64,000 nt of DNA from an uncultured Gammaproteobacteria bacterium (GCA_964394685.1 CAYMYO010000002.1:98148-162147), one strand, 5' to 3'. Numbered from the stretch's first letter, positions 39,166 through 50,071 are shown. Numbers and translations: made by a program. Notes: generated by a model not told the origin, from the sequence alone.

Positions 39166-39717
39166 ATGCTATATATTTTGGGGGGAGCATCAAGATCAGG
39201 AAAATCCATAATTGCCCGTAGATTTGTTTCGGAAAAGCAAATACCTTTTTTTTGCTTAGACGTTTTAATTACCTCTTTGCAAGAGATCCCATCCCTAGAC
39301 ATTAAACATGGGCAACCTATTATAAGCAAATCAGAAAAGCTGTGGCCGGTAGTTAAACCACTACTTACTCATTTATTTAGGGAGGAACTAAATTATTTGA
39401 TTGAAGGTGATGGGATACTTCCAAGCAAGATAGCCGAATTAATAAAGGATTTTTCAAATGAAATTAAAGCATGTTTTGTCGGCTTTTCTGAGATAAGTCT
39501 TCAAGACAAATTCAAGAAAATAAAAGAATTTGGAGAGAACAAAGATGACTGGACAAAAAGAGTTTCTGATGAAAAATTAATGTCAAACATTGAGGATATG
39601 ATTATGTTTAGTAAGTATCTTAAATCTGAGTGTAATAAATATAACATTCGTTATTTTGATTCATCTGATAATTTTTGTGAATATCTTGAAAACGTATTTC
39701 AGTATTTAACAAAATAA
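39166..39717 (+). CDS. P-loop kinase, chloramphenicol-phosphotransferase (CPT)-like fold
   Basis: Walker A ILGGASRSGKS, similar to the CPT-family GxSSxGKS. The ATG at 39166 is preferred over the track start. Confidence 0.45.
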   Translation: MLYILGGASRSGKSIIARRFVSEKQIPFFCLDVLITSLQEIPSLDIKHGQPIISKSEKLWPVVKPLLTHLFREELNYLIEGDGILPSKIAELIKDFSNEIKACFVGFSEISLQDKFKKIKEFGENKDDWTKRVSDEKLMSNIEDMIMFSKYLKSECNKYNIRYFDSSDNFCEYLENVFQYLTK

Positions 39718-39730
39718 GTTTGAATCTCCT

Positions 39731-41293
39731 CTACCGCTCCGTCATTATATATTTTAAGGCCGTCTTGTTGTTGGGTTCACAGATCAGAGCATTTTCAAAA
39801 CAATGAATGGCAGTATTATAAAAACGTTGGTTTAGAAATTTTTCTCCCTGAGTGATATGATTTTGTATTGGTTGTTTGTACCAAAACGTAAGCAGGGAAG
39901 ATTTTGGATTTTCAACGGCAAATTTTGATAATGTTTTGTGGGCTAATTGATACTGATGGTTAGCAGCTTGAGCTATTGCTATATTAATAGCAACTTCAGG
40001 AATGGTGGATGCTGCCTGTTTGAAGTTGTCTATAGCTTCAGTATATTTATGTAATCCCAATAGAGCTTTTCCCCGTTTCAATGTTAAATCTGCATTCCTG
40101 TGTGTTGTGTTTTTTGAAAGTATGTTCAGAGATTCGGTGAATTTCCCTAACGCAAGTAACACGTCAATGTGATGATATCTCGGCTTGCTGTCATTCGTAT
40201 TACGTTTTTTTGTATGAATAGGTGTGGGGTTTTGTGTATAATATTCGATAATTCGTTTCTTTGCATGGGTCAGCTGGTTCGGGTAATTATTTATCTGACC
40301 TGATTTAAGAAGTGTATAAAAAAGTTGTCGGTTTTGTTTGTATTCAAGATGCTTATTTTCAGTTCTTGCGGGGTGGCTTATGTGTAAACCGGAAGCCGCA
40401 TAGACAGGTACAACAAAGTTTCCTACCGAAATTGCTTTAGCCGCTAGATGACCATCCTCACATCCCCACCCACAAAACCGCTCATCATACCCGCCGATTT
40501 CATAGTATGTAGATTTCGGCAAGCTGAAAAGTGCTCCAATAACGAGATCAGATAGAAGCCATGGATCATAGTTATTACGCATCCAGAGGCCGTGCAAATG
40601 GCCCAAATTTTTAAAATGGTTACTTGTCAGGCACATGTTGTCTGGAAATCCAGGAGAGGGGAAAGCTATTCTTTCATCTCTTACAAGAGATGAATATTGA
40701 TGGGACCCATATCGACGAATGTATTTTGGATTTATCAGAAGACTGTTTTTGGATATATTTGAACGAAAACCAGCCAACAATACGTTCGAGAATTGTCGGT
40801 GTCGCTCGATAAAATGCTCAATGGTATAGTGTGACAAAACCATGTCTGCGTCGCAAGAAATAATAATTTCATTTTCAGCAATAGAAATTCCGGTGTTTAG
40901 CGCTTGAGCTCGTCCGTGGTGTTTTTGTTTTATGGCTGTAAGATTTAATGCAAGCGTATTTTTTTTAATAATTTCCCATGTCCCGTCATCGGATCCGTCA
41001 TCTACCACGAGAACTTGCAGTCTATTTTGATGCTCTACATTAAAACTACTTTGTTCAATCGATGTTAAGCAGGAAAGTATAGATGATGCAGCATTTCTTG
41101 CTGGAATAACTACGGTTGCTGTTATTTTTTTAGCAGAAGTTGATTTTGCCGGTGGCGAAAAAGGATCCAGCAGGTCTAATTTATTAACCTTAAAGTATTT
41201 TTCCTCAATTTGGGAATAGTCGTTGCTTTTTTTCTCAAGAGCTTTTTTTTGATTCATTGTATGTTGGTTTTTGCAAAACCCATATAACAGCAA
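39731..41293 (-). CDS. family-2 glycosyltransferase fused to C-terminal TPR repeats
   Basis: A GT2 domain (VVIPARNAASSI...LQVLVVDDGSDDGT...ISCDADMV) followed by TPR-like repeats. The start may be the internal Met at 41257. Confidence 0.7.
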   Translation of the reverse strand: MLLYGFCKNQHTMNQKKALEKKSNDYSQIEEKYFKVNKLDLLDPFSPPAKSTSAKKITATVVIPARNAASSILSCLTSIEQSSFNVEHQNRLQVLVVDDGSDDGTWEIIKKNTLALNLTAIKQKHHGRAQALNTGISIAENEIIISCDADMVLSHYTIEHFIERHRQFSNVLLAGFRSNISKNSLLINPKYIRRYGSHQYSSLVRDERIAFPSPGFPDNMCLTSNHFKNLGHLHGLWMRNNYDPWLLSDLVIGALFSLPKSTYYEIGGYDERFCGWGCEDGHLAAKAISVGNFVVPVYAASGLHISHPARTENKHLEYKQNRQLFYTLLKSGQINNYPNQLTHAKKRIIEYYTQNPTPIHTKKRNTNDSKPRYHHIDVLLALGKFTESLNILSKNTTHRNADLTLKRGKALLGLHKYTEAIDNFKQAASTIPEVAINIAIAQAANHQYQLAHKTLSKFAVENPKSSLLTFWYKQPIQNHITQGEKFLNQRFYNTAIHCFENALICEPNNKTALKYIMTER

Positions 41294-42110
41294 CAGGTAA
41301 TCCTTCGAGCGCTTTGGATATGGTTGTTATATTTAGTTTGGACCCCTTTTGTAGAATTTGAATCTGTTCTGTCATTATTTTCGGTTCCTGACATTGTAGT
41401 ATTTTGAGAGACGCCTTATTAAACGCATTGATGTATGTACTATGCCAGAAAACATTATCTTTAATATAACCCCACCCGTCTTTTTTATCATGGAACTCTG
41501 CGTGAGCACCTAATGCGACAAGCCAGGGATGTACGCTTGAAATCACAATATATCCGCCAGGGAGTACGACCCGGGTAAGTTCTTTGATAACTTCGTCAAT
41601 ATTTGTTACATAATGTATTGCGAGTCCGCATACCACGAGGTTAAATTTTTCGTTTTCAAAGGGTAGTGTATTTAAGTCACCCTGGATAAAGTTTATATTT
41701 TTGTTTTTCTTTTTTGCTAATTTAAGCATGTCGTCCGATATATCAATTCCCGTTACATTGTGTCCAATTGAATTAAGAAATGCACTATATCTTCCTGTGC
41801 CACAAGCTGCATCTAAGGCGGCACCAGGAGTAAATTTTTTCAATATTGATTTAACAACAGGTTCTTCAACTTGAATTAAGATATTTTGCTCTTTATCATA
41901 TGTTTTTGACCATATCTTATATCCTGTTTTAATACCATGTTCAATTGCTTTTTGGTCACGAATATTGTGGACGTCTTTTTCGGTCCTGGAGATAAATGAA
42001 ATTTCTTTAAAAATAGACAATATAGACGCATTATTTCCAATAAGCCAATTTCTCAGTAACGCTAAACCGGCATATCCGAGCGCGCGTTGTTTTTCGTAGT
42101 TGATAACCAT
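41235..42110 (-). CDS. class I SAM-dependent methyltransferase (Methyltransf_11-like)
   Basis: SAM motif I ALDAACGTGRYSAFL and motif post-I VTGIDISDDM. Confidence 0.7.
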   Translation of the reverse strand: MVINYEKQRALGYAGLALLRNWLIGNNASILSIFKEISFISRTEKDVHNIRDQKAIEHGIKTGYKIWSKTYDKEQNILIQVEEPVVKSILKKFTPGAALDAACGTGRYSAFLNSIGHNVTGIDISDDMLKLAKKKNKNINFIQGDLNTLPFENEKFNLVVCGLAIHYVTNIDEVIKELTRVVLPGGYIVISSVHPWLVALGAHAEFHDKKDGWGYIKDNVFWHSTYINAFNKASLKILQCQEPKIMTEQIQILQKGSKLNITTISKALEGLPVAVIWVLQKPTYNESKKSS

Positions 42111-42150
42111 TATCCTGTATAATAAGATAGTCTGTTTGAAAGGGCAATAT

Positions 42151-43359
42151 ATGGATCCATACTATAAGAAAGACATAACGTTTCACTATAATGACCGTGA
42201 GTTACATTTTCGTGTTTCACAATCACTGTTTAGTTCGCAGGATATTGATTTGGGAACCAGGCATCTCATTAAGACTATTGCAGATGTCAAACTACAAAAC
42301 TGTAGAAAAATATTAGATTTAGGATGTGGCTACGGACCTATCGGTATTGCCTTAAAAACTGTGCACCCATCCAGTGAAGTTCAGATGGTTGATAAGGATG
42401 CTCTCGCCCTTAGTTATTGCTGCCAAAATCTTGAACTTAATAATCTATCAGGTGTCAAAGTATATGCTAGTCTTGGCTACGACGATGTTGCAGATAACGA
42501 TTTCGATTTAATAGTTTCAAATATTCCCGCAAAGGTAGGAGATAGAGTCATTACACATATGCTAAAGGATTCCAGATTTCATCTCAAACGCGGCGGTCGA
42601 ATGGCTATCGTCGTTATAGATGCCATAGGTGATTACATAACTAAAGAACTCAACGATTCTGGAATAAATATAGTGTTTACTAAAAAATGGCCAGGGTATT
42701 TAGTTTTTCACTATGAATTTTTACCGGCGCATGTTTCAAATACGAGGCAGTCTCCAGATTCATTTATGAGCGGTATTTATGATCGTGAGCAAAAACTCAT
42801 TACTCGCGATGGGATTAGTTTTTTTATACAAACAACATATAATTTACCAGAATTTGACACGATTAGTTATGAAACAGATTTAGTGCTTAATTCTCTAAAG
42901 ATATTTAGAAATAAACAGTTTAATACCGTTCTGGTATTTAACCCCAGACAGGGATATATTCCTGTTACACTGTCTAAAATAACAAGCGTTCGAAAAATTT
43001 GTCTTGTTGATCGGGATATGCAAGCATTAAAATTGTCACAAAAAAACCTTTTGTCCAATGGGTACCCAGCGGAGAATATATCGTTAACACATCAGGTAGG
43101 AATTTCTATTCAGGACGAAGAGTTAATTGATTGCATAGTGGGGGTTCTGGATGAGGATAATAATCTAGATATTCAGTCTCTCTATTTACAAGAAGCAGCA
43201 AGCCAGATTTCGAAAAGCGGAATTGTAATTTTTGCAGCAGGTTCCACTATGATTACGCGTCTGGAGGGTTTGCTTCATAGACAAAAAATTTTGCAAATAG
43301 TAGCAAGAAAGCGATCAAAAGGGAAAAGCGTTATCATCATGAAACGCAAAGCTCAATAA
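42151..43359 (+). CDS. SAM-dependent methyltransferase with an N-terminal MTS (RsmC/RlmG-type small) domain and a C-terminal degenerate second Rossmann-like domain
   Basis: ILDLGCGYGPIGIAL...VQMVDKDALAL...DLIVSNIP (an NPPF/NIP-type motif IV). The ATG at 42151 is preferred over the TTG at 42100. Confidence 0.55.
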   Translation: MDPYYKKDITFHYNDRELHFRVSQSLFSSQDIDLGTRHLIKTIADVKLQNCRKILDLGCGYGPIGIALKTVHPSSEVQMVDKDALALSYCCQNLELNNLSGVKVYASLGYDDVADNDFDLIVSNIPAKVGDRVITHMLKDSRFHLKRGGRMAIVVIDAIGDYITKELNDSGINIVFTKKWPGYLVFHYEFLPAHVSNTRQSPDSFMSGIYDREQKLITRDGISFFIQTTYNLPEFDTISYETDLVLNSLKIFRNKQFNTVLVFNPRQGYIPVTLSKITSVRKICLVDRDMQALKLSQKNLLSNGYPAENISLTHQVGISIQDEELIDCIVGVLDEDNNLDIQSLYLQEAASQISKSGIVIFAAGSTMITRLEGLLHRQKILQIVARKRSKGKSVIIMKRKAQ

Positions 43360-43428
43360 ACTCTTTTGGTGAAATGATTACCCCAGTAAAGAGCTACCGG
43401 TCGCATGAGGAAGAAAAAAATTTCTGAG

Positions 43429-43809
43429 TTATACTTTAGTCTTCTGTGGACATCTAATTTTTTCTTGAACTACATCCGCTTTTCCGATTTTGATGGGATT
43501 AATCAGTTCCTGTAGCCAATATGCGTTCGTTGGTAAAGCGTCTACCGAAGCGGTGATAATATATTTCCCTAAAGCACGGCTACAAACAAAATCCCGGCTT
43601 TTTCCAAACATAAATTCTTCAGGCTTAATACGAGTTATGTTTGTTGTGTATGATTGGAGTTTATTAAAGGTTTCATCTCCTTTGCCGTAATATAATACAA
43701 CCAGTCCGATAGGGAAGATTTACTTTTTGAGTTTTCAGTTTTTTTAAAAATTTGTCCAAGATTTTTCCAGTGTCTCTCACCATTATGGTTACTGAAATTA
43801 AATCTCTCA
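43429..43809 (-). pseudogene. probable frameshifted remnant of a glycosyltransferase-like gene
   Basis: Two adjacent minus-strand reading frames. One reads MRDLISVTIMVRDTGKILDKFLKKL..., a GT2-like N-terminus, and ends at a TGA. The other reads ...ILPIGLVVLYYGKGDETFNKL...CPQKTKV. Together they cover most of an otherwise empty 450-bp gap. Confidence 0.3.
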
Positions 43810-43812
43810 TAC

Positions 43813-44787
43813 TTATTTCCAGTTTTTAGGTGTTAAACCGCTAGGCAACTCAAGTTTCGTATATGTATATTCCTGCGGCCCTTGCTGTTTCACCCAGTTC
43901 CAGGTCTCCTCCAATGCTTTTTGAAATGGCGTATCTTTGTAGCCGAACACCTGTTTGATTAACGTATGATCTGGCACGGCAGTATTAATTTCCTGTACCC
44001 GATCTGGTAAGTATGCCGGTAAAATAGAACGTTTGCATATTTTTTGGATAGCTTCAGAGAGTTCGTTTATTGACCAATCCATATCCGAACCAACGTTAAA
44101 TGTCATTCCTGCAACCTGTTCGAATCCACAACGATAGATGATATAAACAACATCTTTAACATAGGAGAAGCAGCGTCGCATTTCGCCGTTCCCATATATG
44201 GAGTACGGTTTATTTCTCAGGATGTGATTCATAAAAAGTGTCACAACGTTCCGATATGGATCTTTCATGTTTTGCCTCGGTCCGAATACGTTGTGAGGTC
44301 TGACGATAACGAATTCAAATCCGTGTACCTGACTCATCACTTTAAGTGAATTTTCGTTTGTGAGTTTGCTGATTCCGTAAATATCCTGCGGAATCGGAGT
44401 GTCCGATTCTTTAAAGGTTATTGTGATTGACCCATACACGGCGACACTGGAAGTAAAAACGAACCGCTTTATTTTTTTTGCCCGAATAGACGGGACGAGC
44501 GTGTTGAAAAAAACATTTATATTATTATTCGTTATTTCAATAGGAGAGAACAACGATTTACCTTCTGCGGCATCAGCCGCTAGTCCATACACTATTTCTG
44601 GGGAAATCGACTCAATTATCCTTTTAGACTTCTCGGTGTCTTTAAGATCTAGATAAAAATTATGGCATTTCGTATTCTCGTTCCTATTGGTTCCGGAGAT
44701 TCCATAGACCTCATGTCCTTTTGACAACAACAGATCGACAAGATGTGACCCGATAAATCCGGAATGGCCAGTTACAAGACATTTCAT
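43813..44787 (-). CDS. NAD-dependent epimerase/dehydratase (extended SDR family)
   Basis: The N-terminal Rossmann motif MKCLVTGHSGFIGSHLV and the catalytic YxxxK region (YGISK). The start is taken at the Met giving the canonical N-terminus. Confidence 0.75.
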   Translation of the reverse strand: MKCLVTGHSGFIGSHLVDLLLSKGHEVYGISGTNRNENTKCHNFYLDLKDTEKSKRIIESISPEIVYGLAADAAEGKSLFSPIEITNNNINVFFNTLVPSIRAKKIKRFVFTSSVAVYGSITITFKESDTPIPQDIYGISKLTNENSLKVMSQVHGFEFVIVRPHNVFGPRQNMKDPYRNVVTLFMNHILRNKPYSIYGNGEMRRCFSYVKDVVYIIYRCGFEQVAGMTFNVGSDMDWSINELSEAIQKICKRSILPAYLPDRVQEINTAVPDHTLIKQVFGYKDTPFQKALEETWNWVKQQGPQEYTYTKLELPSGLTPKNWK

Positions 44788-44868
44788 AATAAGTACCTGA
44801 ATTATCTGCTTTTTGGCCCGTAACATCAACTGTTGAGTAATGAGTACCGTTGAAGTACAATTATATCA

Positions 44869-46005
44869 ATGAAGAGGCTGGTTCTCACCGCACAGGATTT
44901 TGCATTTGGATCAATAGGGCCACTACTGTATCTTGCGGATCTGCTCAAAGACAAAGAACATGAGTTGATTTTTGTCGGTTTTGGTACTTCTTTGCAACTT
45001 GCTAAAAAATTCCCGTTTGACGAAATTTATGAGCTGGATACCGAAGATCCTAAAACCACTGCAGAGCTAGAGGCAATCATATCCAAATCAGACGCCGTCA
45101 TTAGCTGTACAGATATTCCAAGTATTATAGCTGCCAAGAAGTTTAAAAAAATAACGGTTTGGGAAGATATTTTATTTTGGTTCTGGCCGGAAATTCCAGA
45201 AGCGCTCTTTGATGTCGATCTATATATTCGTGAACGGGCGTTTGACGCAAGCGTGAATGAGGCTAGATATGGTACTAAGATAAAAAACCTTTTCACGGTG
45301 GGTCCGATTATGGGTACCGTTCAAAAACGTATTAGGACGAATCAAGCAATTATTTCATACGGCGGTGCACAGGCGACGCATGTGTATCAGGTCGGCAAAG
45401 ATACTAATTACCCCTTCGTCATGACAGATATTTTATCTAAATATGTTGATTGGTCAGATTTTAAGCGTGTGATTTTAGCGACCAGTGAACAAGTGATTGA
45501 ACAATTGAAAACTCGTTTTTCGAACACACCATTTGAATTTGCCACACTTGCACACGATACATTTTTAACGGAGATGTCTCGGTCTCAGGTAATACTCATC
45601 ACTCCTGGCTTGATAACAACGCAATGTGCTTTTTATTCGGAAACTCCGGTAATTTTTCTTCCGGGATCAAACGATAGTCAGTATTTGCAGATAAATGATC
45701 TGCGTAGCCTCGGTTTGGCGCCAGCGTCTGTTGGGTTAAATGATTTTCTTCCAAAGCTCGATTTATTACACCTGCCCGGTAGTGAAAGTACGAAGCTAGT
45801 GATGGAACAATTACGGTTACTTGAAAAATCGCTGGACACTCAGATGCAAATTGGTACTCGTATAAATGAGTTAGTTAAAACTCGTGATATTTGGTCCAAG
45901 GAATCTGTACCTAAAGGCAAAATGTATATAGATTCGTTGGGAGGTAATGGAGCTAGTTTAGCAGCAAAAAAAATTAAGAAACTTTTAACTTTGCAAAATA
46001 AGTAA
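44869..46005 (+). CDS. GT-B fold glycosyltransferase (MurG/UGT-like), putative
   Basis: A two-Rossmann-domain layout with a Gly-rich N-terminal loop AFGSIGPLLYL and C-terminal nucleotide-sugar-binding-like segments. This is an inference from the pattern only. Confidence 0.4.
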   Translation: MKRLVLTAQDFAFGSIGPLLYLADLLKDKEHELIFVGFGTSLQLAKKFPFDEIYELDTEDPKTTAELEAIISKSDAVISCTDIPSIIAAKKFKKITVWEDILFWFWPEIPEALFDVDLYIRERAFDASVNEARYGTKIKNLFTVGPIMGTVQKRIRTNQAIISYGGAQATHVYQVGKDTNYPFVMTDILSKYVDWSDFKRVILATSEQVIEQLKTRFSNTPFEFATLAHDTFLTEMSRSQVILITPGLITTQCAFYSETPVIFLPGSNDSQYLQINDLRSLGLAPASVGLNDFLPKLDLLHLPGSESTKLVMEQLRLLEKSLDTQMQIGTRINELVKTRDIWSKESVPKGKMYIDSLGGNGASLAAKKIKKLLTLQNK

Positions 46006-46135
46006 TCCACAATATTTCGACCAGGATTATAGGATTATTCAAATCATAAAAAGAGGAAGCACATTGGGATATACTGAAATAGTACATTCTCTAGACATAC
46101 AACACTTTTTTTTGTACAATAGGGAATAAGAAAGC

Positions 46136-46165
46136 ATGAACTGCTTTGTGAAAGCAGTTCTTTTT
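46136..46165 (+). terminator. rho-independent terminator downstream of the glycosyltransferase gene
   Basis: GAACTGCTTT gtga AAGCAGTTC, a perfect 10-bp stem, followed by TTTTTATG. Confidence 0.5.
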
Positions 46166-46306
46166 ATGTCTATGCCACGTAGTGAATTTCGCTCAATGTT
46201 GAAAGCATTGAATAAATGATTTCATTCGTTGGCTATTGTATAAATGTTATTTTAAAGAAAAGAAGATTGATATTTCGTAAGAAATAGCGAAATTCTACTA
46301 CCTGGT

Positions 46307-48409
46307 ATGGCTACACAAAATGTGACTGTTACAGAAAACCGTGATGTCCCGCTTGAAAAAGTGCGGAACATCGGAATTATTGCACACATTGATGCAGGGA
46401 AAACCACAACCACAGAGCGGATTCTGTACTACACCGGTAAAAGTTACAAAATCGGCGACATCGATGAAGGAACAACGGTCATGGACTGGATGGATCAGGA
46501 ACGGGAACGCGGAATTACGATTGTGTCAGCTGCAACAACCACATTTTGGAATGGATACCGGTTTAACATTATTGATACTCCGGGACACGTCGATTTTACA
46601 GCTGAAGTTGAGCGGTCACTTCGGGTTCTTGACGGAGGAATTACGGTTCTTGATGGAGAAGAAGGCGTGCAGTCTCAATCAGAAACAGTGTGGCGGCAAG
46701 CAGACAAGTACAAAGTTCCCCGCATTTGTTTTGTGAACAAAATGGATAAACTGGGAGCTGATCTTGATACGACTGTTGCCTCAATAGAAGATAGATTAGG
46801 AGCCCGAACTGCTGTTATGGTAGTTCCAATCGGTCGGGAAAGTTTATATAAAGGGAATGTCGATTTACTGACTCAAAAAGCAATGGTGTGGCACAGCGAT
46901 GATCTTGGAGCTACATTTGATGTCATTGAAATCCCTGAAGAATTAAAAAAATTAGCTGAAGAACGTCGACATAAGCTCGTTGAACGGATTAGCGAGACAG
47001 ATGATGTGCTCATTGAAAAGTTTTTAGGCGGAGTTGATCCAACTGTCGATGAACTCAAAGCCGCACTTCGAAAAGCAGTGATTGGATATAAACTTGTCCC
47101 TGTGTATGCAGGTACTTCGCTTCGTAATAAAGGCGTGCAGCCGCTTCTTGATGCAGTTGTTGATTATCTTCCATCTCCTCTTGATATGCCGGATGTGACC
47201 GGAACTGATCCCAGAACCAATGAACCTGCAACACGAAAACGTAATGAGATAGACTTTTTTACTGGACTAGCTTTTAAGATTCAAATTGACCCGCATGTAG
47301 GAAAACTCACGTATGTCCGTATCTATTCAGGAAAAATTGAATCAGGTTCCTACGCGTATAATTCCAGTAAAGGAATTAAAGAGCGTATCGGACGCTTACT
47401 TCTTATGCACGCAAACCAGCGGGAGGAAATTAAAGAAGCATTTGCGGGAGAAATTGTGGCTGTTGTTGGGTTTAAGGACACGATCACCGGTGACACGATT
47501 GCAGATGCAGAAAATCCTATCATTTTAGAACAAATTACCTTTCCGGAGCCGGTCATATCTCTTGCTATTGAACCGAAGACGAAAAATGATCAGGAGAAAA
47601 TGGGATACGCGCTTCAACGACTTGCTGAAGAAGACCCGACATTTAAAGTGAAATCCAATCAGGAAACCAACCAGACTATTATTTGGGGAATGGGGGAGCT
47701 GCATTTGGATGTTCTTGTGGACCGAATGAAGCGGGAATTTAAAGTGGAAGCAAATGTCGGAGCGCCGCAAGTTGCATACAAGGAAACAATTACCCGTATG
47801 GCCGAAGGAGAAGGAAAATATATCAAACAAACCGGAGGTCATGGACAATACGGGCATTGTTGGCTTCGGATTGAACCAAAACCAAGAGGAGAAGGATTTG
47901 AATTTATTGATGAGATTAAAGGCGGCGCTATTCCACGGGAGTTTATTAAGCCAGTTGAAAAAGGTGTCGTTGAAGCTATGGAAAATGGCTGTATCGCAGG
48001 ATATCCGCTTGTGGATATGTCAGTTGCGCTCTACGACGGAACATATCATGATGTTGATTCTTCCGAGCTTGCGTTTAAAATTGCCGGCAGCATGGCACTT
48101 CAGGCAGCGGTCAAACAAGCAGGAGTGACGATTTTAGAGCCAATTATGAAGGTCGAAGTGACAACGCCAGATGAATATATGGGAGATGTGATCGGTGATT
48201 TATCCAGCAAACGTGCCCAAATTATGGGAACTCAAAAACGAGGAAATACGACCATCATTTTAGCACAAGTTCCCCTTGCTGAGCTTTCCGGATACGCAAC
48301 AACGCTTCGGTCTTTGTCTAAGGGTCGGGCTTCCTACTATATGGAGCCAAGTCACTACGAAGAAGTACCGAAGAACATTCAGGAAAAGATCATTGCGAAA
48401 AAAGTGTAA
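46307..48409 (+). CDS. fusA: elongation factor G
   Basis: [15 protein letters not shown]...DTPGHVDF...NKMDK plus EF-G domains II-V. Confidence 0.95.
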   Translation: MATQNVTVTENRDVPLEKVRNIGIIAHIDAGKTTTTERILYYTGKSYKIGDIDEGTTVMDWMDQERERGITIVSAATTTFWNGYRFNIIDTPGHVDFTAEVERSLRVLDGGITVLDGEEGVQSQSETVWRQADKYKVPRICFVNKMDKLGADLDTTVASIEDRLGARTAVMVVPIGRESLYKGNVDLLTQKAMVWHSDDLGATFDVIEIPEELKKLAEERRHKLVERISETDDVLIEKFLGGVDPTVDELKAALRKAVIGYKLVPVYAGTSLRNKGVQPLLDAVVDYLPSPLDMPDVTGTDPRTNEPATRKRNEIDFFTGLAFKIQIDPHVGKLTYVRIYSGKIESGSYAYNSSKGIKERIGRLLLMHANQREEIKEAFAGEIVAVVGFKDTITGDTIADAENPIILEQITFPEPVISLAIEPKTKNDQEKMGYALQRLAEEDPTFKVKSNQETNQTIIWGMGELHLDVLVDRMKREFKVEANVGAPQVAYKETITRMAEGEGKYIKQTGGHGQYGHCWLRIEPKPRGEGFEFIDEIKGGAIPREFIKPVEKGVVEAMENGCIAGYPLVDMSVALYDGTYHDVDSSELAFKIAGSMALQAAVKQAGVTILEPIMKVEVTTPDEYMGDVIGDLSSKRAQIMGTQKRGNTTIILAQVPLAELSGYATTLRSLSKGRASYYMEPSHYEEVPKNIQEKIIAKKV

Positions 48410-48485
48410 TATGTGTTACAATCACATTCGCTTGCAACATAAGCACAGTTTTTTTATTGGTTAACTAAAAATTTAAGGAGGAACT

Positions 48486-49673
48486 ATGGCAGACCAACAA
48501 AAGTTTGTTCGTAATAAACCACATCTAAATATTGGTACTATCGGTCACGTTGACCATGGAAAAACAACACTTACTTCAGCTATTACCCACGTTTTGGCAA
48601 AAAAGGGTTTAGCAAAAGCCCTCAAATATGAAGAAATTGATAGTGCTCCAGAGGAAAAAGCTCGTGGAGTCACGATTAACATTCATCATTCTGAATACGA
48701 AACAGAAAAACGACATTATGCACACATTGATGCTCCAGGGCATGCTGACTATGTCAAAAACATGATTACCGGTGCCGCTCAAATGGATGGCGCAATTTTG
48801 GTTGTTTCAGCTCCTGATGGTCCAATGCCGCAAACAAGGGAGCACATACTCCTTGCTAAACAAGTCAATGTTCCGGCAATTATCGTATTTATGAATAAAT
48901 GCGATATGGTGCAGGATAAAGAATTGTTGGACCTTGTTGAGATGGAAGTTCGGGAACTGTTGACAAAATACGGGTTCCCGGGAGATAAGACTCCGGTTAT
49001 TCGAGGATCAGCGCTGAAAGCCCTTCAAGGAGATCCGGAAGCCGAAGCAAGTATTACCGAGCTTATGAAAACAGTGGATGAGTATGTTTCAGATCCAGTT
49101 CGTCCAACAGACAAACCATTCCTTATGCCTATCGAGGACGTATTTTCAATCAAAGGTCGGGGAACAGTGGTGACCGGACGAATTGAACGCGGTAAAGTGA
49201 AAATTAACGAAACTGTTGAAATTGTTGGTATTAAACCCACGCAATCAACGGTTGTAACAGGAGTCGAGATGTTTCGAAAACTTCTTGATGAAGGAATAGC
49301 TGGAGACAACGTCGGCGTACTGCTTCGCGGAATTGAAAAAGACCAAGTGGAGCGTGGACAGGTGCTAGCAGCGCCTGGAAGTGTGAAACCACATACACAA
49401 TTTGAAGCAGAAATTATCGTACTTGCGAAAGAAGAAGGTGGACGACATACGCCATTCTTTTCAGGGTACCGACCACAATTCTATATAAGAACGACAGATG
49501 TAACTGGAGAAGTCACACTTCCACAAGGAGTTGAGATGGTTATGCCTGGGGACAACACCAAAATGACAGCTAAACTTATCGTTCCAGTTGCTCTTGAGGA
49601 AGGCGTGCGATTCGCTATCAGGGAAGGTGGACATACGGTAGGAGCTGGAGTCGTTACAAAAATTATAGAGTAA
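48486..49673 (+). CDS. tuf: elongation factor Tu
   Basis: [10 protein letters not shown]...DAPGHADY...NKCDMV. The Shine-Dalgarno is AAGGAGG. Confidence 0.95.
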   Translation: MADQQKFVRNKPHLNIGTIGHVDHGKTTLTSAITHVLAKKGLAKALKYEEIDSAPEEKARGVTINIHHSEYETEKRHYAHIDAPGHADYVKNMITGAAQMDGAILVVSAPDGPMPQTREHILLAKQVNVPAIIVFMNKCDMVQDKELLDLVEMEVRELLTKYGFPGDKTPVIRGSALKALQGDPEAEASITELMKTVDEYVSDPVRPTDKPFLMPIEDVFSIKGRGTVVTGRIERGKVKINETVEIVGIKPTQSTVVTGVEMFRKLLDEGIAGDNVGVLLRGIEKDQVERGQVLAAPGSVKPHTQFEAEIIVLAKEEGGRHTPFFSGYRPQFYIRTTDVTGEVTLPQGVEMVMPGDNTKMTAKLIVPVALEEGVRFAIREGGHTVGAGVVTKIIE

Positions 49674-49688
49674 GAAGGATATTTAACA

Positions 49689-49997
49689 ATGCCAAAAGGT
49701 CGAATTCGCGTACGTTTAAAAGCATACGACAGCAGAGTTATTGATGATTGCTGTCAGAAAATTCTTGATGTAGCAGTCAGGACTGGCGCTCGTGTGGTAG
49801 GACCTGTACCCTTACCTACATCCAAGGAACATTTTAACGTGCAGCGCGCAACGTTTATCGACAGAAACAGTCGGGAAGATTTCATGATTGCGACGCATAA
49901 ACGGCTTGTAGATATCATAGAGCCGACGGATAAGACGATTGATCAACTCATGCATTTGGATTTACCTGCTGGAGTTGATGTAGAGATAAAGATGTAA
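49689..49997 (+). CDS. rpsJ: 30S ribosomal protein S10
   Basis: RIRVRLKAYDSRVIDDCCQKIL...HKRLVDI. Confidence 0.9.
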   Translation: MPKGRIRVRLKAYDSRVIDDCCQKILDVAVRTGARVVGPVPLPTSKEHFNVQRATFIDRNSREDFMIATHKRLVDIIEPTDKTIDQLMHLDLPAGVDVEIKM

Positions 49998-50071
49998 TCC
50001 GTCAGCTGGCGGATCATGAGATACTTTGGTATGCTCGCGTTTTGAGTCCAAAAGTCTCGGAGACGTTGTAA

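Noticed and set aside
46006-46306. The 300-bp gap upstream of fusA as a possible ncRNA or tRNA locus, and the 27-aa ORF MNCFVKAVLFMSMPRSEFRSMLKALNK.
   Set aside because: The only clear structure is the terminator hairpin at 46136-46165. The small ORF is simply the translation of that hairpin and has no Shine-Dalgarno. I could not identify convincing promoter hexamers.
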